From the NCBI GenBank assembly GCA_963733195.1, contig CAVTCR010000055.1:1-64000 (forward strand): a stretch of DNA of 64,000 nt. The letters are read 5' to 3'. Source of the stretch: an uncultured delta proteobacterium (lineage in GTDB: Bacteria > Desulfobacterota > Binatia > Bin18). Below are positions 33,505-43,954 of the stretch, in pieces. Position 1 is the first letter of the stretch; each line of letters opens with the position of its first letter. The notes under the pieces were generated by a model. It made no database searches, was not told the origin of the DNA, and saw only the letters and a program-made list of their open reading frames with translations. A program made the position numbers and the translations under genes.

Positions 33505-34437
33505 ATGCAATTAATCGATCGTGACATCCCAGGTCCCCGACGCGATTTCGTCGGTTACGGGAGGCGTCTTCCCAAAGTCTTTTGGCCAAACAACGCCCAC
33601 GTCGCCGTAAACTTGGTGGTCAATTACGAAGAGGGTTCTGAGTATTCAAAACCAGCTGGGGATGACCGGAATGACGGACTGGCAGAGATTAACTATGCAA
33701 TGGGTCCGCAATATCGCGATCTCTGCACGGAGTCGGTGTATGAGTACGGCAGCCGCTCAGGAATCTGGCGGCTCATGCGTCTCTTCGATGAGTATCAAGT
33801 AAAGGTAACCTTCTTTGCCTGTGCGGTTGCATTGGAGCGTAATCCTGAGGTGGGGCAGTGGATTCGCGAGAGTGGACACGAGCCCTGTTCGCACGGCTGG
33901 CGGTGGAGTGAGCAGTGGCGTTTTAGTCGTGAGGAAGAAAAGCAGCATATGCAGTGGGCAATTGAGTCAATTCAAAAAACGTGTGGAGAGCGACCGCTGG
34001 GATGGTATTGTCGCTATGGCGCTAGCGTGAATACGCGAGAGCTCATTGTAGAAGAGGGCGGATTCGAATACGACTCCGACGCCTACAATGATGACCTACC
34101 CTACTTCACGCAAGTGAATGGAACTCGTCATCTCATCGTTCCTTACTCGATGACCTATAACGATGGCCGCTATGTTCTCCCGCAGGGGTATGGTAGTCCT
34201 TCAGATTTTTTTGATACCTGTAAGCGTGGGTTAGATGAGCTCTGGCAGGAAGGCAAAGAGGGGTATCCCAAGATGATGTCGATCGGCCTTCATCCGCGTA
34301 TAGCAGGCCAAGCTGGGCGGACGTCTGGGCTGCGCGAGTTTATCGAGTATGGGTTGAAGAAAGGAAACGTCTGGTTCACCCGACGGCTCGATATCGCTCG
34401 CTGGTGGCGGGAGCATCAGGAGCAATTCATTCGCTGA
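33505..34437 (+). CDS. Polysaccharide deacetylase family protein, PuuE allantoinase-like
   Basis: NYEEG.E, ES.YEYGSR.G.WR, HGWRW, DDLPY, MMSIGLHPR. Confidence 0.85.
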   Translation: MQLIDRDIPGPRRDFVGYGRRLPKVFWPNNAHVAVNLVVNYEEGSEYSKPAGDDRNDGLAEINYAMGPQYRDLCTESVYEYGSRSGIWRLMRLFDEYQVKVTFFACAVALERNPEVGQWIRESGHEPCSHGWRWSEQWRFSREEEKQHMQWAIESIQKTCGERPLGWYCRYGASVNTRELIVEEGGFEYDSDAYNDDLPYFTQVNGTRHLIVPYSMTYNDGRYVLPQGYGSPSDFFDTCKRGLDELWQEGKEGYPKMMSIGLHPRIAGQAGRTSGLREFIEYGLKKGNVWFTRRLDIARWWREHQEQFIR

Positions 34438-34501
34438 GTTGGTAGAGAAACGCCGCACCTTCTGGGCTGCGTGAATCTAATCGCAGCCCAGCCGTACCAG
34501 T

Positions 34502-35738
34502 TCACCTGGTGGCGGCCTTTGATGCAAGACCAGCGACAATGCCTTGGTCATGAAGGCGCGCGATCTCGTGAGAACTCAGCCCCAATACGTGAGCCAGTAC
34601 TTCATCAGTGTGTTCGCCTAGTAATGGTGCTCGTCGAACGGGTACACGCGACATCGCGGAAAAGTCCAAGGGCGAGCCAGGCATTACATACTTGCCGACA
34701 CCTGGGTGTTCGACTTCGGCAAACATTGGATTTGCTGTCGAACAACGTGGATCCTCGGCAATAAGTTGGCGGAAGGTTTGATACGGCCCCCAGGACACGT
34801 TCGTGCCAGCAGAACGTGTCGCGTATCTCTGCGAGGTTACGCGAGGCAAACCACGGCCGTAACAGAGCCGCGATTAGATCGCGGGCCTCGAAACGGCCAC
34901 TCTCGGTACTGAGATCGTGGCCGGTCGCCTGCTCTATGCTGCGGCATGCGTCAGCGATACCGGTCACGTCGACCAGCGCGTTCCATTGACGAGCCGTGAG
35001 CGCGACTACCATTACCCGTCGTCCGTCGCGCGTTTCAAAGTCGTGTCCAAAGGCACCGTACAGATAATTGCCATCCTTGTGCTGATCCCGACCGCCGAGA
35101 CGAGCTTCCGCGATACGCCCGAGGTTACCGACCATGGCAAAGGCAACGTCAGAAAGTGAGAGGCGAACGAGTTGGCCCTTGCCATTCATCCGCCGATGAC
35201 GTTCAGCGGCGAGCAGACCAACCGTGGCAAGTGTCCCGAGCGCAATATCCCACGCTGGTAGGACACTGTTGAGCGGCTCAGCAAGATTGCGCGGCCCTGT
35301 CGCCCACGGGAACCCCGTGGCTGGGTTCACCGTGTAGTCAACCTCACTGGTTCCGTCGGGATTGCCAGTCAGCGCCACCATGATGAGATCACTACGGCGC
35401 CGAGCTAATGCCTCGTATTCGAGCCAGTCCCGCGCAGGGAAATTGGTGAGGAAAAGGCCGCCCGTATCGCCAGGCGCCGTAATTAGTGCAGTCGCTAGCT
35501 CGCGTCCACGTGGAGAACGTAAATCAATCTGAATAGAGCGTTTGCCTTTGTTCAATCCTGCCCAGAAGAGACTCTGGCCATCATCGGCTAAAGGCCAACG
35601 TTGATAGTCGAGACCACCACCGATTTGATCAAAACGGATCACATCGGCACCGAGTTGGGCGAGGGTCATGCCACCCAGCGGCGCTGCTACGAACGCGGAC
35701 CCCTCGATAACCCGCAGACCAGAAAGAATTCCATTCAT
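34502..35738 (-). CDS. Class III CoA-transferase, mesaconyl-CoA C1-C4 isomerase (Mct)-like, frameshifted
   Basis: EGSAFVAAPLGGMTLAQLGADVIRFD..GGGLDY.RWP and VDYTVN. Confidence 0.8.
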
Positions 35739-35801
35739 GCCATCACCCCCAATAAAGTGTCAGTCAGGAACGCCAGATATCACATTTAGTAGCCGACTTG
35801 C

Positions 35802-36878
35802 TCACATTCCCATCTGGCGGAGGAGAGGAAGGATTTCACGCTCGAAACGAAGTGTGTCTTGGTAATAATCCAACAGCATCATCAGGAAGCCGTCCATGCC
35901 GCCGTCGTACAGTTTCTTGAGCATCTCTGCTACTTGTTCCTTGGTCCCTACCAGCGGCAGCCCACCCCCGCCAAAGGCGTACATTTCAGCGGTAAAATTA
36001 TCGAACGAGCCGCTTTGCAGTTGCAGACCATGGGCCCAGTTTTCGACTGCTACTCGATCCATATTTTCGACAATCCGACGCCGTTCCTCCTGCGCCTCTT
36101 TTTCCGTGTCTCGCCAGAGGACATACGGATAACATGCACACTGCACGGTACGACCATGGCGTTGCGCCCGAGCCTTGATATCGGCAACCACTTCTGGTGC
36201 CTGCTCGACAGAGAAGGGGCTGATAAACGCCCAATCGCACAGCCGGGATACCGTGTTTTTGGCATCTTCAGAAACTCCGGCATTCGCGATCGGAGGATGG
36301 GGCCTTTGCACTGGTTGTGGACGTACGTAACCATTGGTGATCTTGTACCAAGAACATTCATAGTTAAAAGTGCCAGGTTCCTGTGTCCAAAGCCCCTTGA
36401 GAATCTCGATGTACGCTTCAGTGCGGCGATAGCGCTCGGCATGCGGCATGACCTCAATGCCCATCATACCGAACTCCAATTCACTCCAGCCGCTGACGAT
36501 ATTCAGTCCCCAGCGTCCCTTACCGATGTGGTCCAGGGTGGCACCCATCTTTGCCGTTGCTACTGGATGGAACACTGGTACATGCACAGTGGAAAAGACC
36601 TTGATACGCGTAGTATTGGCAAGGATCGCTGAAGCCCATGTCATAGTTTCGAGCGAGTTCCCTAGATAGTCCGTCTGGCCTCCATACCCCTTCCATTTGG
36701 CGACTGGGAACAGAAAATCGAAACCAGCTGCCTCTGCGGCGCGGGCGATCCGCAGATTAGAATCATAGGTCCAGTCAGTAGGGTCAGGCTTGTATGTACT
36801 AATCGAGTATGCGTGACTACAGTTCGGCATGAACAGACCTAACTGCATCCGATTCCTCTCTGTTGCATGTTGAGTCAT
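35802..36878 (-). CDS. Luciferase-like (LLM) flavin monooxygenase, SfnG/RutA-like
   Basis: AKWKGYGG, STVH, AKMGAT.DHI..GR.GLNIVSGW. Confidence 0.88.
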   Translation of the reverse strand: MTQHATERNRMQLGLFMPNCSHAYSISTYKPDPTDWTYDSNLRIARAAEAAGFDFLFPVAKWKGYGGQTDYLGNSLETMTWASAILANTTRIKVFSTVHVPVFHPVATAKMGATLDHIGKGRWGLNIVSGWSELEFGMMGIEVMPHAERYRRTEAYIEILKGLWTQEPGTFNYECSWYKITNGYVRPQPVQRPHPPIANAGVSEDAKNTVSRLCDWAFISPFSVEQAPEVVADIKARAQRHGRTVQCACYPYVLWRDTEKEAQEERRRIVENMDRVAVENWAHGLQLQSGSFDNFTAEMYAFGGGGLPLVGTKEQVAEMLKKLYDGGMDGFLMMLLDYYQDTLRFEREILPLLRQMGM

Positions 36879-37170
36879 AGTATTCCTTCTGTTGTAACCT
36901 TCAGCACTCAGCGGCTAGCTCCTAGTCTTAAGAACGGGGTTTCGATGAGTGAGAGAGAGAATTATCTCCATTCCGCTCCGCTCTCGCGATGGAGTATGTA
37001 TGCCGGCTGGTGGAAGACAACCCTCATACTAAGTACGTAGCCGTTTGTCCTATTGTGACCGCAAGAGCAGAAAGAAAACAAGCCTGTTTCTGAGATCTGC
37101 TCCACGGCAGCCATCAGTTGCTGCCACCAGCACCGCATGCTATGGCGGCAACATAAGAAGGAGAAAGCCT

Positions 37171-38046
37171 ATGCAATTTGGCGTACACTTCTCACTCGGA
37201 GTTGGGTTCAATCCTACCGCTGACGACTACGCGCGTGTCGTACAGAAAATCGAAGAGCTAGGATATCACTCAGCGTGGATCGCCGATCACATTGTCATTC
37301 CAGAAAAGATTGAGGCCCCTTATCCGTGGACCGATGATGGTTCTCCCGGTTTTCCTCTTCGGGCTCCCTTTCCCGACGTTTTTGCTTTATTAGGCTTCCT
37401 CGCAGCCAAGACCCAGAAGATTCTCTTAGGCACGAGCGTGTTGGTTGTTCCTCAACGTAATCCCCTCGAAGTGGCCAAAGCTGTTGCTACGGTCGATATG
37501 CTGAGTGGAGGGCGGTTTCTTTTTGGTGTTGGCGTCGGCTGGCTCAAGGAAGAATTTGATGTCCTCGGAGAGAATTTCTCTGAGCGCGGCCAGCGTACTC
37601 GCGAATACATCAAGATCATGAAAGCATTATGGCAAGGCGGGCCAATCGGGTTTGAGGGGCAGTTTTTCCAGTTTCCAGCAGTGCATGCTGTTCCTACTCC
37701 AGTGCGAAAGCCTCATCCACCAATTATCTTTGGTGGAGAAAGTCTCGCCGCGATGAAACGTGTCGCAGATTTAGGAGATGGTTGGCAGCCGGGAGCAATG
37801 CCGTTGGAGACACTGCGAGGAAAACTGCAGCAACTGAAGGAACTAATGTAAGAACGAGGTCGAGACTTTTCCCGTCTATCACTTGCAACGTTTGGCTCGC
37901 CCGACACCGTGAAGCAACAGCCGGAGTCGGTTGCCCAACTCAGTGCACTCGGTGTAACACAAATGGTTCTCGGCTTTATGGGGAAGAGTGCGCAGGATAC
38001 GATTACTCAGCTTGAAGACTTCGCACGCGTTGTCATGAAGGCGTAG
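37171..38046 (+). CDS. LLM class F420-dependent oxidoreductase (in-frame TAA at 37849, probably an error)
   Basis: W.ADH...P, LGTSVLV.PQRNP, GVG.GW..EEF; the frame continues to 38046. Confidence 0.85.
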
Positions 38047-38111
38047 GGGTGCAACGTACTGCACCTCTTGTCATTATCGTACACGCGTCTGCTGGCCGGA
38101 AAGCTATAGTC

Positions 38112-38144
38112 CTAACCGCAGGTTCTATAGTTCCCTGCGGTTAG
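38112..38144. terminator. Hairpin between convergent genes
   Basis: ctaaccgcagg...cctgcggttag 11-bp stem. Confidence 0.5.
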
Positions 38145-38163
38145 ACACTACCCAAGGATACGA

Positions 38164-39219
38164 TTAGAGGTTTCGCACATGCGGGAGGACGTATTTACCA
38201 AACCGTTCAAGCGACTTCATGACCTTGTCATGTGCCATGCCACCAAAGTTGATCTCGGACAGGACGTAGGTTAATCCCAAGCCCTGCTTGATGTTCTTGA
38301 GCCGTTGCACGATTCGCTCTGGACTACCGAAAAGGAGGGCATCGCCTTTGTCCATCGTATCGTAGTTCATGTTTGCGAAGAACGTCCCCAGTCCCTTACC
38401 ATAGGCCTCATAATCCTTTGACTGCCACGGCTTATCCAGGGCGACAAAGAAATCAAGATACTGCTGGAGTTCAGTAGCTGCTTCTTTGCGTGCCTGCGCG
38501 TCGTCTTCACCAACGTAGAGATGGTAGGTCCCCTGCACTTCCCGGTGGGTTGCGTTATGACCATTCTCATTCAGGGCTTTCCAATACAGATCTACTCGCT
38601 CACGCAGTGGTGCATGCGTCGGATAGGCAAAAGGAACCAACATGATGTTATATCCATGCTGCCCCGTCCAGATAAACGACTCCGGTGAGGCCACCGCTGC
38701 CGCCCAAATCGGCGGATGGGGTTGCTGCACCGGCCGGGGCAAAGCCTTGACGCGGTCAATCTTAAAGTGTTTCCCTGTATGGTTCACTTCATCTTGGGTC
38801 CAGGCTTTGAGGATGACGTCTAGTGCTTCATGATAACGCCCTTGGCTTTCGTCCCCATTGATCCCAAACAGGTCATACTCGTCGCGGAGAATCCCGCGTC
38901 CAACACCGAAGTCGAATCGCCCATTGCTCAACACATCGAGCATGGCGTACTCCTCAGCCGTCTTGATCGGATTGGTCAACGGCAACAAGGTCACGCCAGT
39001 GCCGAAGCGAATGCGCTTCGTTTTCTGTGCGACCGCCGTGGCAAAGATTGGCGGTGAAGGAAAGGCGTATCCACCGACGTAGTGCTCGGCGAACCAGATG
39101 CCATCGAGTCCGATCTCTTCGCAGAAAAGAATCTGTTCGATCATCTCGCCGTAATAGTGGCTCGATGATTTATGCCGCTCGGGGTAATAGTCCGGAATGT
39201 AGAGAACGCCAAATTTCAT
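38164..39219 (-). CDS. LLM class flavin-dependent oxidoreductase
   Basis: WFAEH, GTGVTLLP, AEEYAMLD.LS.GR.DFGVGRG. Confidence 0.9.
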   Translation of the reverse strand: MKFGVLYIPDYYPERHKSSSHYYGEMIEQILFCEEIGLDGIWFAEHYVGGYAFPSPPIFATAVAQKTKRIRFGTGVTLLPLTNPIKTAEEYAMLDVLSNGRFDFGVGRGILRDEYDLFGINGDESQGRYHEALDVILKAWTQDEVNHTGKHFKIDRVKALPRPVQQPHPPIWAAAVASPESFIWTGQHGYNIMLVPFAYPTHAPLRERVDLYWKALNENGHNATHREVQGTYHLYVGEDDAQARKEAATELQQYLDFFVALDKPWQSKDYEAYGKGLGTFFANMNYDTMDKGDALLFGSPERIVQRLKNIKQGLGLTYVLSEINFGGMAHDKVMKSLERFGKYVLPHVRNL

Positions 39220-39295
39220 AGCTCTCTCCTTTCTGCTGCACTGTGGTTTTGCTCCCTCTGACTGGCCCAATCAGTTGTAGTGTCACTCCTTGGTG

Positions 39296-40425
39296 TTAGA
39301 TAAAAATATCGAGCGGTAAGAACGCCGAGACAACAAAATTCGGGACATCTACCAGCTCGCTCACTTTCAAATCCACAGCCACGCTAGTGATGGCATACGC
39401 TTGCTGTCGTGTGAAGCCACGTTCATTGACCAAGTAGTCGATCATGTTGAGTAGGGCATTACGCGCGGCCAACGTTGCATCTTCAGAATGAGCGACTCCC
39501 TCACGCGTGCAGGATTGTCCGGTCGTGGCAAAGAATCGACGTGGTACCGCCATCTCTGGCGAAGTGAAGTAGTCGTTGCGATAGAATTGCACGTCTTGGA
39601 TGTTGTACTTCTTTGCCGCACCTTTGATGAGATTGAATGAGCCATAGAACGTTGCGCTCATCTCAACCGCAGTCCCGCAACTCTCGCCATCTCCTTGTGC
39701 GAAATGCGCGTCACCAACAGAAAACAGTGCACCAGGCACATAGACAGGAATGCGCAACGTTGTGCCTTTGGTGAGTTGCTTGATGTCAACATTGCCACCG
39801 GTTTCATGCGGCGCGATCGTCCGCATCGCATTCTGGGCAATCTTTGGGTCAGGCAGGGATCGCACCGAGTAGCATCAGGTAACAGCACCACGCCACCACG
39901 TTTCGACAGGTCGGTCTCTCGTCGATTGGTCCTCTCTAATAGCTCGTGCGAGGGCGCAACACCAATGACGCCCATAAATGGTGCGCCGGGAATGCGTACA
40001 CCAGGAAGGTCTGGCGACGTGGCAAAACCCTTAGCAATCGTCCAGCGGATGATATGTGGTTCAGTAAACACATCGCGTAAGAAAACCAAAACCTGGGACT
40101 TGCACGGTGAAGCCGAACGGCTGCGGTTCAACTTCAACAATCGCCACTTCGAGCAGGTCGCCAGGTTCTGCACCGTTTATGTAGACTGGACCAGTCAGCG
40201 GATGAACCACGCCAAGAGTGGTTTTCAGTAGGTCGGCAGCAGAAGAGTTCGGATTGACCTGGCCATCGAACGCGTCGCGAGTTTCCATGCCCGACCACTT
40301 GTCCGGGATCAACTTTCACTACCGGTGGGATGTCAGGATGCCAGCGGTTGTGGCCCTTGGCTGATTCCTCAGTCAGACGTTTTAGAGCGAGTAATTCCAA
40401 TATAAGCGGCAGTAGCAATGCTCAT
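39296..40425 (-). CDS. Acetamidase/formamidase family protein, frameshifted
   Basis: HNRWHPDIP, HPLTGP..I.GAEPGD, GGNVD, GDAHFAQGDGE, VDVPN. Confidence 0.9.
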
Positions 40426-40582
40426 GACTCATTCCCCCGTATGCGCTGCCTACTACAGGAGTTCGACATTTTGGGCAAGCGGATGTAGCAAGGAAGGCAA
40501 CAGCGGTTGACTTGCCGAACCGGGACTGCAAAAACGTCGCAGAGCAGTATCACTCACCATATCTAAATAGAGGAGGCGTAGC

Positions 40583-41302
40583 ATGAAGACAGAAACCCTT
40601 GAGTACCGTGATGGCAGTGTGACGCTCAAAGGATATTTGGCCTATGACGATCAGACCGCGCAAAAGATGCCAGGGATTTTGGTAATGCCTGAAGCCTTCG
40701 GGCTTGGGGTCAACGCTAAGAACCGCGCTGAGCGGTTAGCCGCGCTGGGCTATGTCGCATTAGCTGGTGATCCGTATGGCAACGGCTTCGAGACCTCAGA
40801 TCTGCAAGAGGCGATCAAATTAGCCACACCGCTGATGACTGAACCAGCGAAGTTTCGTGCACGCGGACGTGCAGGGTTGGACAAACTTGCTTCACTGCCG
40901 CAAGTCGATACGAGTCGCTTGGCTGTCATTGGCTATTGCATGGGTGGAACTTTCTCGCTCGAATTGGCACGTGACGGCGCACCGGTGAAAGGCGTTGTCT
41001 CTTTCCATGGGAATCTCGCAACCCAGAGCCCAGCTGAGCCGGGCAAGACAAAAGGAAAGGTCTTGGTATGCCATGGCGCTGAAGATCCGTTTGTGCCACC
41101 AGATGTGGTCAATGCATTTGCCGAAGAGATGACCAAAGCCGGAGTAGACTGGCAACTCATCAGCTACGGCGGCACGGTGCATAGCTTCACCAACCCCACG
41201 GCTGCAACCGTCGGTAATCCAGGCATTGCCTACAACAAGTCAGCAGATGAGCGGTCGTGGCAGGCCATGCGTAATTTCTTTAGTGAAATTTTTGCGGCGT
41301 AA
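40583..41302 (+). CDS. Dienelactone hydrolase family protein
   Basis: GYCMGG, SFHG, HG.ED, HSFTNP. Confidence 0.92.
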   Translation: MKTETLEYRDGSVTLKGYLAYDDQTAQKMPGILVMPEAFGLGVNAKNRAERLAALGYVALAGDPYGNGFETSDLQEAIKLATPLMTEPAKFRARGRAGLDKLASLPQVDTSRLAVIGYCMGGTFSLELARDGAPVKGVVSFHGNLATQSPAEPGKTKGKVLVCHGAEDPFVPPDVVNAFAEEMTKAGVDWQLISYGGTVHSFTNPTAATVGNPGIAYNKSADERSWQAMRNFFSEIFAA

Positions 41303-41346
41303 CTAAGAGACCATCCATAGTAAAGATGAGGGGTAAACAGAGGTGC

Positions 41347-41464
41347 GTCATTCCGGGCGAGCAACGCGAGACCCGGAATCCAGGAGGCATAACCGAAGGC
41401 CAGTGCTCAATCTTCCTGGATTCCCGCTCCCGGTAGAACCTGGGACAAGCTCCGCGGGAATGAC
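41347..41464. repeat. GTCATTCC...GGAATGAC palindromic repeat (MITE/REP-like)
   Basis: Terminal IR plus inner ggaatccagg/cctggattcc; related composite copy at 56183-56351. Confidence 0.72.
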
Positions 41465-41492
41465 GCCACCATTTTCACCCCTCATAATCAAC

Positions 41493-41972
41493 ATGACTGA
41501 TTCCACGATGACCTGGCACTACGAAATCAAGGAATTCTACGACTACGCTGATGATATTGAAGGCGTGAACATTCATTACCTATGGACGCCACTTGGCGGC
41601 GTCCCGGATTGGGACAATCAGCGTGAGACGCGGTTTATGCCGCTGGTACAGCCACCCAGGTATCCAGGCAGTGGGACTTCCCTTGCGATGACTGATAGTG
41701 CGGCTTCGACGGCAGTCCGCTTACGCAGAAAGATTCTCAAGCTACCGCAAAAAATTCTTGATCCCCAGAGCGAGACGCAGACAGATCGCTATCTACTGCA
41801 CCATTATTTCGAGATATTCCAAGATGGTCACCGCCAGTATTCTCCCTTGTATACTGAGGAATTGCACACTGGAGCGGACACTCCCCCCCCAACAGCAGAG
41901 GTCACCAGCGAACAGCGATCCTCTCCTATCCCTTCTTTCACCCCTGCAGTTGTGAAAGAATCAAAGGGATGA
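41493..41972 (+). CDS. Uncharacterised protein, paralog of 57172-57922
   Basis: Shares NIHY.WTPLG..P.WD..RETR.MP, RRK.L.LP..ILDP and HHYFEIF..G.R..SPLYTEE with the second copy. Confidence 0.8.
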   Translation: MTDSTMTWHYEIKEFYDYADDIEGVNIHYLWTPLGGVPDWDNQRETRFMPLVQPPRYPGSGTSLAMTDSAASTAVRLRRKILKLPQKILDPQSETQTDRYLLHHYFEIFQDGHRQYSPLYTEELHTGADTPPPTAEVTSEQRSSPIPSFTPAVVKESKG

Positions 41973-42056
41973 AACACTTTTCGCTCCGTATTACATCCGA
42001 TGCAGAAATGCTCGAAGCCAACTGCAGAGATATATTGAGCGACGGACAGAACCCAC

Positions 42057-43097
42057 ATGCAATCGCCAATGATACAATGGGTAAAGAGTGGACAGAATGG
42101 TAGCACGCAACTGCGTGTCGCGTATCGCGGCCCGCTGGAGGGTAGCGACCTCCGACTCCACTACGGATTTGATGGCTGGCAAGAACCAGTCCACGAAACC
42201 AAACTTGAACCGGTCGAACCAGGACTGGCAATGACCGAACCCTTGTCGGTGGCTGGGCACATTTCCCTTGATTGTGTCGTAACAGACGGGAGCCGCTGGG
42301 ATAATAATCTGGATGCCGATTACCGTCTGTGGATTGATTTTGAACCACTTGATGCTCACCTGCACGTCAGCGGTCGCGGGTCAGGCGAACTGGGGATTTC
42401 CAGCCTGCGTACGGCGATGGCGTCCGCTGGCATTGGTTACGGAATTGTCTCGTGGTTCGAGAATCGTGCGCTTGATCGCTTGAAAGGGCTGGCGACCAAT
42501 CTGTTTCCACTGGTATGGGTACGACCAGGTGAGACGTCGGTAGAAGAAGTGCGAACTCGCCTTTCTGATGGTTTTATCGGTATCAAGCTACACCCGACTG
42601 TCGATGATTATCGTGCGGATGACCACGATCTCGATCCATACCTAGAAATTGCCACCGAAATTGGTTGTCCCGTGGCGTGCCATAGTGCACCAGGGGATGC
42701 CGATCCAGATCATATCCGTCGTCTTGCGGAACGTTTTCCGCTAGTACCTGTGATTTTGTACCACACCTACCTTGGACCGACAGAAGGACGCCGTCGAGCC
42801 GCACTCCATGTACGCGAACAACCAAACCTGTATCTCGAAAGCTCGTGGTGCGGTTGGCGTGAGGTGTTGCAGCTGGTGGAAGAAACGAACACCGAACGCA
42901 TGCTCTTCGGTTCCGACGCGTCGGTTGACGGTCCGCATCACTATTGCCGCCATCCTCCCAACGTCGAAGGAAAAGAAACCTACAATGAAGGCTTGGTGCC
43001 GCTCGTGCGAGAACTCGGTCCCGAGGTCGCCCGTAAGGTGTTAGGCGACAACGCGCGTCGCCTTTTTCACCTCAACGGCAATTCTCACAGTTCGTAA
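42057..43097 (+). CDS. Starch-binding (CBM53/CBM25-like) domain fused to amidohydrolase_2 domain
   Basis: N-terminal LHYGFDGW...WDNN...DY; then DAHLH, GIKLHP, CHS, YH and FGSD metal ligands. Confidence 0.8.
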   Translation: MQSPMIQWVKSGQNGSTQLRVAYRGPLEGSDLRLHYGFDGWQEPVHETKLEPVEPGLAMTEPLSVAGHISLDCVVTDGSRWDNNLDADYRLWIDFEPLDAHLHVSGRGSGELGISSLRTAMASAGIGYGIVSWFENRALDRLKGLATNLFPLVWVRPGETSVEEVRTRLSDGFIGIKLHPTVDDYRADDHDLDPYLEIATEIGCPVACHSAPGDADPDHIRRLAERFPLVPVILYHTYLGPTEGRRRAALHVREQPNLYLESSWCGWREVLQLVEETNTERMLFGSDASVDGPHHYCRHPPNVEGKETYNEGLVPLVRELGPEVARKVLGDNARRLFHLNGNSHSS

Positions 43098-43101
43098 TTA
43101 T

Positions 43102-43893
43102 TCACATAGAGTGACGACCTGGCGAAGCTGTGGAGAAAAACCTGCGGACCGAAGAGAGCAGGCTGCGTACGCGATCTCCGGTTGATAGTGGCTTGTTCTG
43201 CAAGAACGGTACGGCATATTTTTGCAGCACGGCTTTCCCGATGGGATGATGGCAACCTTCATTGTAGGCCATGATGACTTTGCTGCCTTTGACTCCCCTG
43301 GCAAAGTGCCGACACGTGGCCTCTGGCGCGACAGGGTCACCCTTATCGCCAAGAATCAGCAGATGTTGCAGGCGTGTCAACCGTTCCGAGCGAAAAGTGT
43401 TCACCCGTTCAAATTCCGCCTGGAAATCGGACTGTCCGGCAATGGCCTTATGAGCTTGAATGCGCAACCCGCCGTTGCCTGCCAGGTTAAATGCACCGGC
43501 GAGATAGCCTGCGCCTGGGATGAGGCTATTCAGGTTCATGATCGCGTGACAGATATCACCACTACACGCCAGCAAAATACAATGACTGATGCGCGGATCG
43601 CGTTGTGCTGCGACGACAGAAATAAATCCGCCGAGAGAGTCACCAATGACGGCGTACTCGTCAAGCGCCAATGTTCGTGCTCTTTCAACAATGCTATCAG
43701 CAGTGTTAGAGATGAGCGAACAAAAGTCACCAAATGTCATAGTGGCTAACTTCGTGGCTAATTCAACTATGTTGCTGTGATAAGGCACTTGAACGCGCAA
43801 GATGGTGTATCCCAACGGTTCAAATACCTCTTCTATTTCCGGCTGGGCTTGAAGAGAACCTCCCAGGCCATGCGTGTAGAAAATGTGGCGCAT
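43102..43893 (-). CDS. Alpha/beta hydrolase
   Basis: HGLGG, GDSLGG, D.V and a C-terminal His. Confidence 0.8.
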   Translation of the reverse strand: MRHIFYTHGLGGSLQAQPEIEEVFEPLGYTILRVQVPYHSNIVELATKLATMTFGDFCSLISNTADSIVERARTLALDEYAVIGDSLGGFISVVAAQRDPRISHCILLACSGDICHAIMNLNSLIPGAGYLAGAFNLAGNGGLRIQAHKAIAGQSDFQAEFERVNTFRSERLTRLQHLLILGDKGDPVAPEATCRHFARGVKGSKVIMAYNEGCHHPIGKAVLQKYAVPFLQNKPLSTGDRVRSLLSSVRRFFSTASPGRHSM

Positions 43894-43954
43894 CCTTATC
43901 AGGCTTTCCTCAGCGCATCTTTATTATCACGCCCCACCAGCGTATAGAAGCTCG

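Noticed and set aside
7344-37851. In-frame stops (TAG 7344, TAG 28261, TAA 37849) as genetic-code reassignment or pyrrolysine
   Set aside because: They are too few and of mixed codon type, and TAG/TAA terminate many normal genes here.
38111-38147. Mini attC (CCTAAC...GTTAGAC)
   Set aside because: It is too short for L/R boxes and lies between convergent genes, so a terminator is more plausible.
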